DNA of 63,565 nucleotides, the filler included, from Deltaproteobacteria bacterium (lineage in GTDB: Bacteria; CG2-30-53-67), in the NCBI GenBank assembly GCA_013151235.1. It is 2 parts of 2 records of this genome, joined end to end, with 100 filler letters (N's around TTAATTAATTAA, not from the genome) between each part and the next. Parts side by side here need not be neighbours in the genome. Positions count along the whole stretch, not along the records: positions 1 to 31,712 come from JAADIO010000004.1; 1 more part is not named here. One strand, 5' to 3'. How positions within the stretch are numbered: position 1 is the first letter of the stretch; each line of letters opens with the position of its first letter. The position numbers and the translations under genes are program-made. The notes below the pieces were generated by a model. It saw nothing but the letters and a program-made list of their open reading frames with translations, was not told the DNA's origin and did not search any database. Shown one piece after another: positions 9,448 through 20,564 of the stretch.

Positions 9448-11421
9448 TCAAAATACCGGGAAGATGTGCAACAAAAAATTCAGAATCCCGCCCACCAGCA
9501 CGGCATAAAACATAATAAAGGTCACCATATAGAAGGCGATCTTTTTCCCATGTTCCTTGATCATCACAAAGTAATTTGCCAGACAGGGAACAAAGAGAAC
9601 CATCACCGTCGTACTGACCGTGAGCTGAATCAGGTCAAGACCTCCATGCTGGGCCAGGCGAAAAAGACCGGCGGCGCCGTAGTCCCGCCGGAGAAACCCG
9701 AGGATGAAGGCCTGCGCAGTCTCACCGGGCAGCCCGAGTATTCCGGTCAGGACCGGTTCAATGCTTCGCTGAATCCAGGCAAGGAGATACAGCCGGTCAA
9801 GAAGGAAAAGGATAAAGGTCCCGAGCATGAAGAGGGGAACGGCCTCTTTCAGGAACCACTTGACCCGGTAAAAGGTCTTGATCAGGATGTTGGAAAGCTT
9901 GGGGATCCGGAGTGGGGGGATCTCAATCAGAAAATCGGAACTCTTCCCCGGCAGAACCTTCGCTGCCAGCCAACCGACAATCATCAACTGCATCAGGACC
10001 GTCACCCCCACGATTCCCAGCGCCTTCATGGAAATCCCGCCGATCAGCCCCATGATCACACCTAATTGTGCGGAGCAGGGTACCCCGAGGGCCAGCAGGA
10101 GTGTCGCAATGATCCGTTCTTTTTTTGTGTTCAGGATCCGCGTCGTCAAGGTCGCCATGGTGTCACACCCGAGGCCGAGGACCATGGGGAGTACGGCCCG
10201 GCCGTTGAGCCCGATCTTTTTGAAGATCTTGTTGCTCATGACCGTCAGCCGGGGAAGATAACCGGAGTCCTCGAGCAATCCGAAAAAAATAAAAAAGAAA
10301 CTGACCACCGGAAGAACGATCGCCACGGAATAGGTGAGTCCCACGGAAAGGACCCCGTATTCCCCGACCAGCATGTCATGGACCAGGGAAAAGGGGAGGA
10401 GGGTATCAATGATCCGGGTCAGGAAAGGGGTAATATAGACCCCGAAGACCACCCGCTCAAGATAGTCCACACAGACACCCGCCCCGAATCGGCCCACGAA
10501 GAGATACATGATGAACAACAGCACCATCAGGATAGGAACGCCGAAGAGAGGGTGCATGGCCCAGCTCCCCCATTGCTCCCGATACCTTGAGGTCCGTCTT
10601 TTCTCCTGGCGTACAACCTCCCGGAAGACCTGGTCCACCCAGGCCTGCCGCTGTTTGAGGATCACATACCCCAGGGGCTCACCGAACTCCTTCCGGGCCC
10701 GTTCCACGACGGCATCAACCTTCTCTCTCTCCACCCCCCCGGGGATACCCTCTAACAGACCCGCAAGCTTCCTGTCGCCGGCCAGCAGGGTGAGGGCAAT
10801 AAATCGCCGGGAGAGCCCCGTTTCCGGCAGAAGGGGCGTCATGAGATCAATCGCCTTTTCGATCGCCGGGTGAAAAGAAAACTTCTCTTTCTGTGCCGAA
10901 AAGGCGGCAAAAGATTTCCGGATCCGGCGAAGACCCCGACGCTCCGTGGCAACCGTGGGGATGACCTCGACCCCCAACCGTTTCGAAAGTCTGTCCGTAT
11001 CAACCGCAATTCCCCGCTCCTCGGCCTCGTCGAACATATTCAGGGCCAGGACCATGGGGAGCCCCATATCGGCAAGCTGCGAATAGATCAGGAGAGCTCG
11101 CTTCAGATTCTTGGCATCGGCGACCTGCAGGATCCCTGCATGATCGGAGCGGAGCAGGATATTCCGGGTGACCTCCTCATCCTCGGATTTTGGGATCAGG
11201 CTGTTCACACCGGGGCTGTCGATGATACGCAATGATGACTGTTCGCCGCCGGAACCCTGGATAATCCCCTCGGTGACCTCCACGGAGGTCCCGGGATAAT
11301 TGGAGACCGTTACATACCGTCCGGTCAGGAGCCCGAAGATGACGCTTTTCCCGACATTGGGATTTCCCACCAGGATCACCGAACGGGGAGCGTATTCTCT
11401 CTTTTTCAACTTATTACCCAT
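9448..11421 (-). CDS. feoB: Ferrous iron transporter B (copy 1)
   Basis: GNPNVGKS, SNYPGT, DSPG, LEDSGYLPR, PCSAQ; start approximate. Confidence 0.93.
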   Translation of the reverse strand: MGNKLKKREYAPRSVILVGNPNVGKSVIFGLLTGRYVTVSNYPGTSVEVTEGIIQGSGGEQSSLRIIDSPGVNSLIPKSEDEEVTRNILLRSDHAGILQVADAKNLKRALLIYSQLADMGLPMVLALNMFDEAEERGIAVDTDRLSKRLGVEVIPTVATERRGLRRIRKSFAAFSAQKEKFSFHPAIEKAIDLMTPLLPETGLSRRFIALTLLAGDRKLAGLLEGIPGGVEREKVDAVVERARKEFGEPLGYVILKQRQAWVDQVFREVVRQEKRRTSRYREQWGSWAMHPLFGVPILMVLLFIMYLFVGRFGAGVCVDYLERVVFGVYITPFLTRIIDTLLPFSLVHDMLVGEYGVLSVGLTYSVAIVLPVVSFFFIFFGLLEDSGYLPRLTVMSNKIFKKIGLNGRAVLPMVLGLGCDTMATLTTRILNTKKERIIATLLLALGVPCSAQLGVIMGLIGGISMKALGIVGVTVLMQLMIVGWLAAKVLPGKSSDFLIEIPPLRIPKLSNILIKTFYRVKWFLKEAVPLFMLGTFILFLLDRLYLLAWIQRSIEPVLTGILGLPGETAQAFILGFLRRDYGAAGLFRLAQHGGLDLIQLTVSTTVMVLFVPCLANYFVMIKEHGKKIAFYMVTFIMFYAVLVGGILNFLLHIFPVF

Positions 11422-11582
11422 CCTCTGTTTCCGGTTTTTTCCGCAAAATACCCGCAAAGACTCGGAACATACTATTACAATCCCGTCTCGAAAACAAACG
11501 GTTTTCCCTTGAATTTCTCCCCGCCCTTGCCTATGATGAGGTTCAGCATAAACTCAGACAGCCTTTTTGCGAGAGCGAATTC

Positions 11583-13352
11583 ATGAGATGTCTCCGTGTG
11601 GGAATGGCCCAGATCAACCCGGTGGTCGGCGATCTGACGGGCAACCGGAAGAAGATCCTCCATATGCTTAAAAAAGCACGGACCGAAGGAATTCAGCTTC
11701 TCGCTTTCCCGGAACTGGCCGTCACCGGCTATCCCCCCAAAGACCTGCTCCTCAAACCGAAATTTATCCGGAAAAACATCGACATCATCCATTCAATCCT
11801 CCCGGAGACGAAAGGAATCTGCGTCATCATCGGTTACGTCGACCTGGCCGAGGACCTCTACAATGCGGCGGCAATCCTTCACGACGGTCAGTGGATCGGG
11901 ACACAGCACAAGATCTGCCTGCCCAATTATGACGTCTTCGATGAGAATCGTTATTTCCAGGCGGGGACGATAAGCACCCTCTATGATCTCGACTGCACTC
12001 TCTTCGGTGTCAACATTTGCGAAGATATCTGGTTTCCCGGCGGCCCCACCATGGAGATGGCGAAAAGCGGGGCTGAAATCATTATCAACATCTCGGCCTC
12101 CCCCTTTCATGCCGGGAAAGGGGGGATGCGGAAACAGATGATCTCGACCCGGGCCAAGGACAACCTGGTCTTCATCCTCTTCGATAATCTGACCGGCGGT
12201 CAGGACGATCTGGTTTTCGATGGACGAAGCATGATCGCGAACCCGGAAGGGAGAATCATCACCACAGGCCCATCCTTTGCCGAAGGCCTGGTCGCCGCCG
12301 ATCTGAACCTCTCCGAAGTGCGGCAGCACCGCCTGAAGAGCCCCCGCAACCGACGGAGTGTCCGCGAAGCCGGTATGACGGGGAATCTCCTTCCGGTCAT
12401 TGTCTCCGAGGGAAAGACTGCAAAAACCCGGAAGAAAGACTGCCGCCGGAAATCCGATGTCCGGGCGAATCCCTTCCTGATGCAGCCGTCCGAAGAGATC
12501 TACAACCCCTACGAGGAGGTCTATGCGGCACTGAGACTCGGCCTGAACGATTATGTCCGGAAAAATAACTTCAAAAAGGTCATCATCGGCATCTCCGGGG
12601 GGATCGATTCCGCCCTGACGGCCGCCCTCGCCGTCGATGCCCTGGGCGCTTCCAATGTGGTCGGCGTCGCCATGCCGAGCGGAATCTCCTCGCCGGAAAG
12701 TCTTGACGATGCACGGACGCTTGCAGAGAATCTTCATTTCCCTCTGAAAGTAATCCCCATCGAAGAAATCTTCGAGACCTTCCTGGCTCACCTTGCAGAC
12801 TCCTTTCGAGGGACAAAGAAGGACACCACGGAAGAGAACATCCAGGCCCGGATCCGGGGGGTACTGCTCATGGCACTCTCCAACAAATTCGGTTACCTCG
12901 TGCTGAGTACGGGGAACAAATCGGAAGTCGCCGTCGGGTACGCCACTTTGTACGGAGACATGGCCGGCGGGCTGGCCGTCCTTTCGGACGTTCCCAAGAC
13001 ACTGGTTTACAAACTTGCCGACTACCGGAACGGTTTGGGGAAATCCCCGGTCATCCCCCGCCGGATCCTTACCAAACCTCCCTCCGCCGAACTGGCGCCG
13101 GGGCAGAAGGATTCAGACACACTCCCGGAATACGACATTCTGGACGGCATTCTCCATGCCTATATTGAACGGGACGAAAGCGCTGAAGAAATTACGGCCC
13201 GCGGCTACGACAAAACCACCGTCCACGACGTCATTCGGAGGGTCGACCGGAACGAATACAAACGGCAGCAGGCGGCGCCGGGGATCCGCATAACTCCCCG
13301 GGCCTTCGGGTCCGGACGGAGACTTCCGATTACCAATAAATACAGAGGGTGA
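11583..13352 (+). CDS. nadE: Glutamine-dependent NAD+ synthetase
   Basis: Nitrilase domain (FPEL, ICEDIW) plus SGGIDS, STGNKSE, YGDMAGG. Confidence 0.96.
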   Translation: MRCLRVGMAQINPVVGDLTGNRKKILHMLKKARTEGIQLLAFPELAVTGYPPKDLLLKPKFIRKNIDIIHSILPETKGICVIIGYVDLAEDLYNAAAILHDGQWIGTQHKICLPNYDVFDENRYFQAGTISTLYDLDCTLFGVNICEDIWFPGGPTMEMAKSGAEIIINISASPFHAGKGGMRKQMISTRAKDNLVFILFDNLTGGQDDLVFDGRSMIANPEGRIITTGPSFAEGLVAADLNLSEVRQHRLKSPRNRRSVREAGMTGNLLPVIVSEGKTAKTRKKDCRRKSDVRANPFLMQPSEEIYNPYEEVYAALRLGLNDYVRKNNFKKVIIGISGGIDSALTAALAVDALGASNVVGVAMPSGISSPESLDDARTLAENLHFPLKVIPIEEIFETFLAHLADSFRGTKKDTTEENIQARIRGVLLMALSNKFGYLVLSTGNKSEVAVGYATLYGDMAGGLAVLSDVPKTLVYKLADYRNGLGKSPVIPRRILTKPPSAELAPGQKDSDTLPEYDILDGILHAYIERDESAEEITARGYDKTTVHDVIRRVDRNEYKRQQAAPGIRITPRAFGSGRRLPITNKYRG

Positions 13353-13446
13353 AAAGATCGGGGTTCAAGGATTCTGTTCTATTATCAAACATTCTTCAAC
13401 ACACTGAAGCCTTCCCTCCGCTCCCTGAATCCTCTGCTCCCGGGTT

Positions 13447-14547
13447 ATGTATGTTATGAGCAGCCGAAAAACCATTACCATTATCGGGGCCGGTCCTTCC
13501 GGACTCTGTGCCGCGATCAACCTGGCGAAAGCGGGATACGGCGTCACCGTCTACGAAAGAAATCCTGATGTCGGGGTACGTTTCCACGGGGATTTTCAGG
13601 GAATCGAAAACTGGAGCAGCACCACCGATTTCATGACCCAGCTGGAAGAGATGTCGATCCGTCCGGATTTTCTCTGTCACCCCTATTCTACAGGCCGATT
13701 TTACAGGAAGGGAAACCACGGGGGAGTCGTCAAAGCGGACCGGCCTCTCTTTTACCTGACCCTGCGCGGAAAGGAAGAAAATTCCCTGGACTGCTCCCTG
13801 CGCCGGCAGGCGGAGGAGGCCGGGATAGAGATCCACTTCAACCGGCCGGGAAGGTCGTCGGAAGGAGAGATTGTCGCGACCGGTCCCACCCGTCCCAATG
13901 TCCTGGCCAGCGGCGTCACCTTCCGCACCGATTCGCCCGATGCCGTCATGGCCATCCTGAATGATGAAATCGCTCCCGGGGGATATGCCTACCTGCTCGT
14001 CCGGAAGGAACGGGGGACCCTGGCCAGCGTCTACTACCGGGATTTCAGGAAGGGAGCCGACTTTCTCGACGGGAGTATCCGCTACTTTCAGAAGCAGTTC
14101 CCCTTTGCGATGGAAGAGGCCCGGCACTTCACAGGATACGGAAGCTTTACCCCCGCGGTAACCGCCGTCCACCGTGGTCGGCTCTACGTCGGGGAAGCGG
14201 CAGGGTTTCAGGACTTTCTTTTCGGCTTCGGTATCCGATACGCCCTGACCTCGGGCTACCTCGCCGCACGCAGCATTATCGAGGAGATCGACTATGATAC
14301 CCTCTGGCAGGAGACGCTTGGAAAACGACTGGCGACCTCCCTGTCTAACCGCTATCTCTACCAGACTTTCGGCTCCCTGGCGCACCGGTTAATCATCCGG
14401 CAGACCACCCGGGGGAATCCCTGGCGGTTCATGCACCGTTTCTACAATTCCTCCCTGTCCCGGAAGCTGGCCGCCCGTCCCGCAGCCCGCTGGTTTGCCG
14501 GTACGAAGGGAGGAAAAACGTTGTCTTACAAGGAGAAATCGGGTTAG
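13447..14547 (+). CDS. NAD(P)/FAD-dependent oxidoreductase (geranylgeranyl reductase-like)
   Basis: IIGAGPSG; VGEAAGFQD..GFGIRYALTSG. Confidence 0.8.
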   Translation: MYVMSSRKTITIIGAGPSGLCAAINLAKAGYGVTVYERNPDVGVRFHGDFQGIENWSSTTDFMTQLEEMSIRPDFLCHPYSTGRFYRKGNHGGVVKADRPLFYLTLRGKEENSLDCSLRRQAEEAGIEIHFNRPGRSSEGEIVATGPTRPNVLASGVTFRTDSPDAVMAILNDEIAPGGYAYLLVRKERGTLASVYYRDFRKGADFLDGSIRYFQKQFPFAMEEARHFTGYGSFTPAVTAVHRGRLYVGEAAGFQDFLFGFGIRYALTSGYLAARSIIEEIDYDTLWQETLGKRLATSLSNRYLYQTFGSLAHRLIIRQTTRGNPWRFMHRFYNSSLSRKLAARPAARWFAGTKGGKTLSYKEKSG

Positions 14548-14601
14548 TCTGAAGAAGAGGAAATCATGACCGGCAAACATTCTTGCACGTAAGGAGGCTT
14601 T

Positions 14602-16029
14602 ATGAAAAAAACCAACATCTTTTTCCTGATCATCTTCGTATACCTGCTGAGCCGTACCCTGCCGGCCTGTGCCGAATGGAATTATACCTTCATCCCCACG
14701 GCCTCCCTCAACCTGGAATACGATTCCAATATCTTCTTTACGCAACGGGATAAAAAAAATGATTTTAATTACCAGGGGGAGGTCACCCTTCCGTTTCACG
14801 CGGTTTCTCCGAAGACCGACCTGAGCCTGTCGTACCGCTCCAGCCGTTTTCAGTACAAATCCGAAACGCAGGCAAATTACGGGAATCATTTTATTGCCTT
14901 CGGAGCGACCCACACATTCAGTCCCCGGTTCTCCGTCTCCCTGAAGGACAATTATTCCATTACCAAGGATTCGGACCGGGTCTTCCGATCCGGTTCGATT
15001 GCAGGGGAAACGGGGATTATCGCCGAACGTTCAAAACGGAAATCGAATTCCGTCACCGGGGGGGTTCACTACTCCCTCACCAAACGTTCTTCCCTCAGCC
15101 TCAGCGGGACAAACACTTTCTATCGCTATTCAAACGATTTACAATATGATTCCAAAACCAACGGCGGGAGTATTACCTACAATTATGTTTTCACCCCGAA
15201 GAACCGTTTTTTTACAACCGTCACCTATTTTGACAGCGACTACTCCAGAGATTCCCGTCAACTTTCGGAAAATGCCGTTTATGCCGGGATTTCCCCCTTT
15301 CTCGAAGAACTCCTTTTCAATTCCGAATTCGACCGTGCCCGGAATACCTCGGCCTATGTCGGCATCACCCATCATTTCTCCCCCACCCTGGAGACCACCC
15401 TGTATGCCGGGGCAAGAAAAACGAAGAACACCACGCTCAACCTGCATCTGCAGAAGAGTTTGGGCAATGTTACAATCAGGAATGCCGCCCCGAATACATT
15501 CGTTCAGTATGCCGTTACTGATCCCGTCACAGGTGCAACCAACACATATCACCAGCCTTCGGACGCAAAGGGGAACCTCACAATTCCCAATGCCGAGATC
15601 ACGGCCACGAACGCTTCGGACAGAACCTCCGGGATGGTTTACAATCTCAGCATCACCAAGACCTTCATCTTGTCTACGCTGACCCTCGCTTTTGATCAGG
15701 ACGTCACCTCGCGGACCACCTACGGCGGGACCTCGGTACGTCAGGGATACAATGTCTCCTACACCTACCGTTTCTCCGACCGCCTCAGCGCCTACGTCAA
15801 CGGACGTTTTGATAAAAACACCCAGGAGTCAGACGTCAGGAACGATCAGTATAAGACCTATCGTCTTGGGATCGGCGGCAACTTTGCCGTCACCCGGAAT
15901 TTTTCCACCCGTTTCTCCTGGAACCATACGAAGCAGAAACGGGATCTCCAGGGAACCAAGAGTATTGACAAAACCGGCCGGGACGTTCTGCTCCTCTCCT
16001 TCACCTATGCATGGCCGTTGGTCCATTAA
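14602..16029 (+). CDS. Putative outer-membrane beta-barrel protein
   Basis: Signal peptide, YDSNI motif, alternating aromatic beta-strands, C-terminal SFTYAW. Confidence 0.7.
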   Translation: MKKTNIFFLIIFVYLLSRTLPACAEWNYTFIPTASLNLEYDSNIFFTQRDKKNDFNYQGEVTLPFHAVSPKTDLSLSYRSSRFQYKSETQANYGNHFIAFGATHTFSPRFSVSLKDNYSITKDSDRVFRSGSIAGETGIIAERSKRKSNSVTGGVHYSLTKRSSLSLSGTNTFYRYSNDLQYDSKTNGGSITYNYVFTPKNRFFTTVTYFDSDYSRDSRQLSENAVYAGISPFLEELLFNSEFDRARNTSAYVGITHHFSPTLETTLYAGARKTKNTTLNLHLQKSLGNVTIRNAAPNTFVQYAVTDPVTGATNTYHQPSDAKGNLTIPNAEITATNASDRTSGMVYNLSITKTFILSTLTLAFDQDVTSRTTYGGTSVRQGYNVSYTYRFSDRLSAYVNGRFDKNTQESDVRNDQYKTYRLGIGGNFAVTRNFSTRFSWNHTKQKRDLQGTKSIDKTGRDVLLLSFTYAWPLVH

Positions 16030-16047
16030 GCGGAGGGGGCTCGGCCC

Positions 16048-17313
16048 ATGGATGAAAGCCATCCCCTGTACTACCTTTTGTTGATCGGGGTCCTGTTGCT
16101 TCTCTCCGCCTTCTTTTCCGGCTCCGAGACGGCCCTTATGTCTTTCCGGAAAATGCGCTTGAAGCACCTGGTACGGGAAGGCAACAAAAAAGCGGCCCTC
16201 GTGGAACAACTCCTCAAGGATACGGACCGCCTGCTGGGAACCCTCCTGGTGGGAAACAATCTGGTAAATGTCGCCGCTTCGGTCCTGACGGGGGCACTCA
16301 CCGCCCAGGTCCTCGAACCCCGCTTCGGCAAAGAGACGGCCCTGTTCTCCGCGACGGTGATCATGACCTTTCTCCTCCTCATTTTTGCAGAGATCACTCC
16401 CAAGACTTACGCCGCCCATCATTCCGAAAGGGTCTCCTTCGGAGCAGCCCGCCCCATCCGGTTTCTTGAATGGCTGTTGGCCCCTCTTGTTTCCCTGGTG
16501 ACCCGTATCTCGAAATTCCTTCTGCACGCAATCTTCCGGTCCCAGCCGATGAAGGTCCGCATTTCTCCCGAGGAGATCCGCTCGATCATCGCCTACGGAG
16601 CCGAAGAAGGGGTCCTGGCAAAGGAAAAAGGCGAGATGCTCCACGGCATCTTCGATATCAGCAAGACGATTGTCCGAGAAGTCATGGTCCCCCGGCCCGA
16701 CATCATCGCCATCGATATTGAGGAATCGATCGGGGAGATCCTGCAAAAGGTTGTACAATACGGGCACTCCCGCTATCCCGTTTATCAGGATCAGATCGAC
16801 AAGATCATCGGATTTCTCTTCGTCAAAGACCTGCTCCCCTTCTGGTCCAAACCGGAAGCGTTGCAGCTTCACACGATCCTCCGGCCCCCCTCCTTTGTGC
16901 CGGAGACCAAACGGGTGGATCAACTCATCGAAGAGTTTCGCAAGGAAAAACGACAGATCAGCATCGTCGCCGATGAGTACGGCAGTGTCGCGGGCCTCGT
17001 CTCCATGGAAGATCTTTTAGAAGAGATTACCGGCGAGATCCAGGATGAATATGATTTGGAGCAGTCAAAGTTTGAACGCCTTTCGAACGGTTCCTGGCTC
17101 CTCGACGGCAGCCTCCCCCTGGACGAGGTTTACGAAATCACGAATATCAAACTTCCGGAAGGAGAATACGAGACCATCGCCGGATTTCTCCTCGACATCT
17201 TCGGGAAGATCCCGCGGGAAGGAGAGGAAATCTCCTACCGGGAATACCTGATTTCGGCATACAAGATGTCCCGACACCGGATTGTAAAGATCAAGTTCAA
17301 GCCGATTGACTAA
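16048..17313 (+). CDS. CNNM/hemolysin-family protein (DUF21-CBS-CorC)
   Basis: SAFFSGSETA, FAEITPK, VMVPR, DEYG, EDLLEEITGEIQDEYD. Confidence 0.93.
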   Translation: MDESHPLYYLLLIGVLLLLSAFFSGSETALMSFRKMRLKHLVREGNKKAALVEQLLKDTDRLLGTLLVGNNLVNVAASVLTGALTAQVLEPRFGKETALFSATVIMTFLLLIFAEITPKTYAAHHSERVSFGAARPIRFLEWLLAPLVSLVTRISKFLLHAIFRSQPMKVRISPEEIRSIIAYGAEEGVLAKEKGEMLHGIFDISKTIVREVMVPRPDIIAIDIEESIGEILQKVVQYGHSRYPVYQDQIDKIIGFLFVKDLLPFWSKPEALQLHTILRPPSFVPETKRVDQLIEEFRKEKRQISIVADEYGSVAGLVSMEDLLEEITGEIQDEYDLEQSKFERLSNGSWLLDGSLPLDEVYEITNIKLPEGEYETIAGFLLDIFGKIPREGEEISYREYLISAYKMSRHRIVKIKFKPID

Positions 17314-17324
17314 AAGGGTCCGCC

Positions 17325-17960
17325 TTGCGGAAAGGTCTTTTCATCTTTTTGTGTTTGCTTCTGCTCCCGATCCGGGCATTCGGTCTGACGGCTGCATCGT
17401 CCCGTCCCGAAGATCCACGCATCCTCTTAAACGGAGAGTATTATGATGCCCTTCAGGAAGCCCTCGGACAGGCCCGCCGGGAAATCGTCCTCTCTTTTTT
17501 TCTCTTCAAGATTTCCGGCCACGGGAAAAATCGTACGGCACGGATTGAAAAATCCCTGAAAGCGGCCGTCCGGCGGGGTGTCCGTGTCGTCGTTCTCCTG
17601 GAAAGGTCGAAATATCGCGACATCACCGACACGAATGAAAAAACCGCCGGGCAACTGAAACGCGGCGGAATCACCGTTTTCTTCGACTCTCCGAAACAGA
17701 TCACGCACACCAAGGTCGCAATCATCGACCGAACCATCCTTTTTCTCGGCAGCCACAACCTGACGGAGAGCGCACTTCGATTTAACAATGAAGTCTCGAT
17801 CCGGCTCCACTCACGAAAAGCGGCCCACCGCCTCCTGCAGTACCTCGACCGGATCCATCCGGGCATTCTGGCGCCTCTCCGGAAACCATCCCGGGAATCC
17901 CCTTATGAAACTCCCGGACGAAATTCATCTTTACAGGGTTTCGGTTGTCGGATAAAATAA
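17325..17960 (+). CDS. Secreted phospholipase D-like protein (single HKD motif)
   Basis: HTKVAIID...GSHNLT; signal peptide; TTG start. Confidence 0.8.
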   Translation: MRKGLFIFLCLLLLPIRAFGLTAASSRPEDPRILLNGEYYDALQEALGQARREIVLSFFLFKISGHGKNRTARIEKSLKAAVRRGVRVVVLLERSKYRDITDTNEKTAGQLKRGGITVFFDSPKQITHTKVAIIDRTILFLGSHNLTESALRFNNEVSIRLHSRKAAHRLLQYLDRIHPGILAPLRKPSRESPYETPGRNSSLQGFGCRIK

Positions 17961-17998
17961 TATTAAAACTCTTGTAAACACAGAAAAAATATCCGCCT

Positions 17999-19846
17999 AT
18001 GATTCATGACATTCGACTCCACGGCGTTCTGTCCGACGAAATCGAGTATTTCACGACCATCGCCGGAGACGATATCAGCCATCGATATTTCTTTGAGGAG
18101 AACACGGATCCGGACTCGGGGCCTTCCATCCGGTTCTTCTCCCACGGGAATGAACTGATTCTGACCCGCCGGGGGATCCGGCACCAAGGAAACGGCGGCA
18201 GTTTCTGCGAATATATGTTCGGCGGGGACCAGCCCAAAGAAGACTTGATGCGCAAAGAGGTCTTAAACCGTCTTCTCATGTACGGCGCCGTCACCTCCGA
18301 CAACGGTGGCGGCATCCGGTTCCTTCCCAAACATCACGGCTTTGACGATTACCGGAAAATATTCTTTGAAGGAAATGCGATCTCCAACTATTTCTTTTTT
18401 GTCTTCTTCCAGGACATCCATGATTTCCGGGAACAGCAGGAGACGATCCTGCGAACGATCGGGAAACGGTTGAAACGGTCTCCCTTCGTACGGCGGGGCG
18501 ATGATTTAAACCTGATCCACGAACTCCTCGCCGAGATGAATCATCCACGGTCTCTGTTCTTTCTCATCCGGGTTCTGAATAAATATCATCAGGCCTTTTA
18601 CGAACTCTACAGCGAACTCTATCTGAAGAATAAGTCGATCAGCGATGGCGACGCAGAACGACTGCAAGCCCTCGCCACCCATTACCGGATCAATCAGTTT
18701 GATCAGGAACGGATGAAAATCGATGTAATCTACAAACACCGGGAGAACAAGCGGATCATCGATGAATACAAGGATGTTTTGATCGAAGGAGAGGAAAATC
18801 AGGCCATCAGCAATTCCCAGCGCGCGCGGCTTATCCGCCTCCGGACACTCTGCGTCCGAAACAATATTCCCATCATTCTGCCGAACATCCTCGATGACCT
18901 TCTTCTGAAAAACCGGAAGGTCCTGGAAGCCGACGAACCCAAATACATTCAGGAAACCAGGGAAGTGTTCGAAGGGCTCTTTATTCGGGAAGGAAACCCT
19001 GAGACCCTGATTACAAATGAAGACCTGGAAAAACTCCTGCGGGCGAAACAACAGGCCACGGAGATGCAGGACCCCACCTTTGACGGAATTCTCATGGATA
19101 CGGTTCGTCTCTGCGACGAACTCGCCGACACGGAAGGCGACGACTGGCCCCTGGAAAACTTCGGGTACATCATCACCCACTTTGACCGTTATGACGCCAC
19201 CTACATGATCATCAACCAGCTTGCCTTCAACGAAGAAGTGGACCTCACCATAGATAAACTCCGGAGCCTTCTGGGGCATAAAAAAGCCTTCGATGAAACC
19301 AACCCCGATCTTTTTCACGGGCTTTTCATCCGGACCGTCCTTCAAAACCGTTATCTCACACGCTTCGGACGAAAAAAGATACAGATCTTGGACAAAGGCT
19401 TAAAGGCAATCGAAATGGGCGAGAAGACCCTGGCGGACGTGATTGAGGAGATCAGGAACATCAGGGATCAGGAAAACTTCTATTTGAAGATCTATGAACG
19501 TGTACGAAAACGGATACGCGAAGTCTATACCAAGATCCATTCCCGGCAGGAACGGGATGCCATCCGGAAACAACTCTTCACGGAGTTGATGATCGATCTG
19601 GAGATCAATAAAAACCTTCTCGACCTCCTCCTGAATCAGGCCATTTTGAATATCAACAAGGAAATCTATTATACGGAAAAACTGCTGCCCCGGATTCTCC
19701 GGGAGGGAAACCATGATCTTCGGCGGGACTTTTTCGAAAACAGCGGCATAGACCGGTTCACCCTGGAGGAACTGGAACGGGACTACTACGAAAGAAACAG
19801 GATCTCCCCCATGGAGTTGAGCCTCTTCCAGTCATCTTCGGCTTAA
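17999..19846 (+). CDS. TIGR04442-like conserved protein
   Basis: MIHDIRLHG start and GNGGSFCEYMFGGDQP motif, recalled as typical of this deltaproteobacterial family. Confidence 0.7.
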   Translation: MIHDIRLHGVLSDEIEYFTTIAGDDISHRYFFEENTDPDSGPSIRFFSHGNELILTRRGIRHQGNGGSFCEYMFGGDQPKEDLMRKEVLNRLLMYGAVTSDNGGGIRFLPKHHGFDDYRKIFFEGNAISNYFFFVFFQDIHDFREQQETILRTIGKRLKRSPFVRRGDDLNLIHELLAEMNHPRSLFFLIRVLNKYHQAFYELYSELYLKNKSISDGDAERLQALATHYRINQFDQERMKIDVIYKHRENKRIIDEYKDVLIEGEENQAISNSQRARLIRLRTLCVRNNIPIILPNILDDLLLKNRKVLEADEPKYIQETREVFEGLFIREGNPETLITNEDLEKLLRAKQQATEMQDPTFDGILMDTVRLCDELADTEGDDWPLENFGYIITHFDRYDATYMIINQLAFNEEVDLTIDKLRSLLGHKKAFDETNPDLFHGLFIRTVLQNRYLTRFGRKKIQILDKGLKAIEMGEKTLADVIEEIRNIRDQENFYLKIYERVRKRIREVYTKIHSRQERDAIRKQLFTELMIDLEINKNLLDLLLNQAILNINKEIYYTEKLLPRILREGNHDLRRDFFENSGIDRFTLEELERDYYERNRISPMELSLFQSSSA

Positions 19847-19973
19847 CGAAAATTCGACGGGTTGGAAAATCCGCTTGCTTTTTACCAAAATTTTCTGTAT
19901 AAATGGCTCACCTGAAGGAGATCCCTCAGGAAATTTCACTTCAACCCACAACATGATCAACGCGGGATGAGAC

Positions 19974-20375
19974 ATGAGAAGTCTGAACAGAGTTCAACTG
20001 ATCGGCAGGCTGGGGAAAAATCCGGAGGTGCGTTATACATCCAACGGATCTTCCGTCGCAAATTTCACCATGGCCACGAACGAATCATGGATCGGCAAGG
20101 ACGGCCAGAAGAACGAGCGGACCGAATGGCACAACATCGTTGCCTGGGGAAAATTAGGCGAAATCTGCGGGGAATACCTCACCAAAGGAAAGCAGATCTA
20201 TATTGAAGGCCGATTGACGACCCGCTCCTGGGAAGACCGGGACGGGAAAAAACGATATACAACGGAAGTCAAGGCAGACAACATGATTATGCTCGGAGGA
20301 CCCGGTGCATCGCCAGGCGCCTCACACACATCCCCGGAGAACGATTCCACGATTGAAGATGATATCCCGTTTTAG
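19974..20375 (+). CDS. ssb: Single-stranded DNA-binding protein
   Basis: NRVQLIGRLGKNPE, TEWHNIV, C-terminal DDIPF. Confidence 0.97.
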   Translation: MRSLNRVQLIGRLGKNPEVRYTSNGSSVANFTMATNESWIGKDGQKNERTEWHNIVAWGKLGEICGEYLTKGKQIYIEGRLTTRSWEDRDGKKRYTTEVKADNMIMLGGPGASPGASHTSPENDSTIEDDIPF

Positions 20376-20564
20376 ACATCCTCGGAAGGGACTAGGCCTA
20401 CCTTTTACATCCAGACCGAAAAATCAGGTAATCAATAAATTTAAGCTGGAATTGCGGCTTATTACCTTTATTTATCCTTTACGTCCCTGATTTCCTTTTA
20501 TTATTGAATTTTCAGGCAGAAATTGCTATATTGGTGTGTGATGATAGTTAAGACACAAAGAACA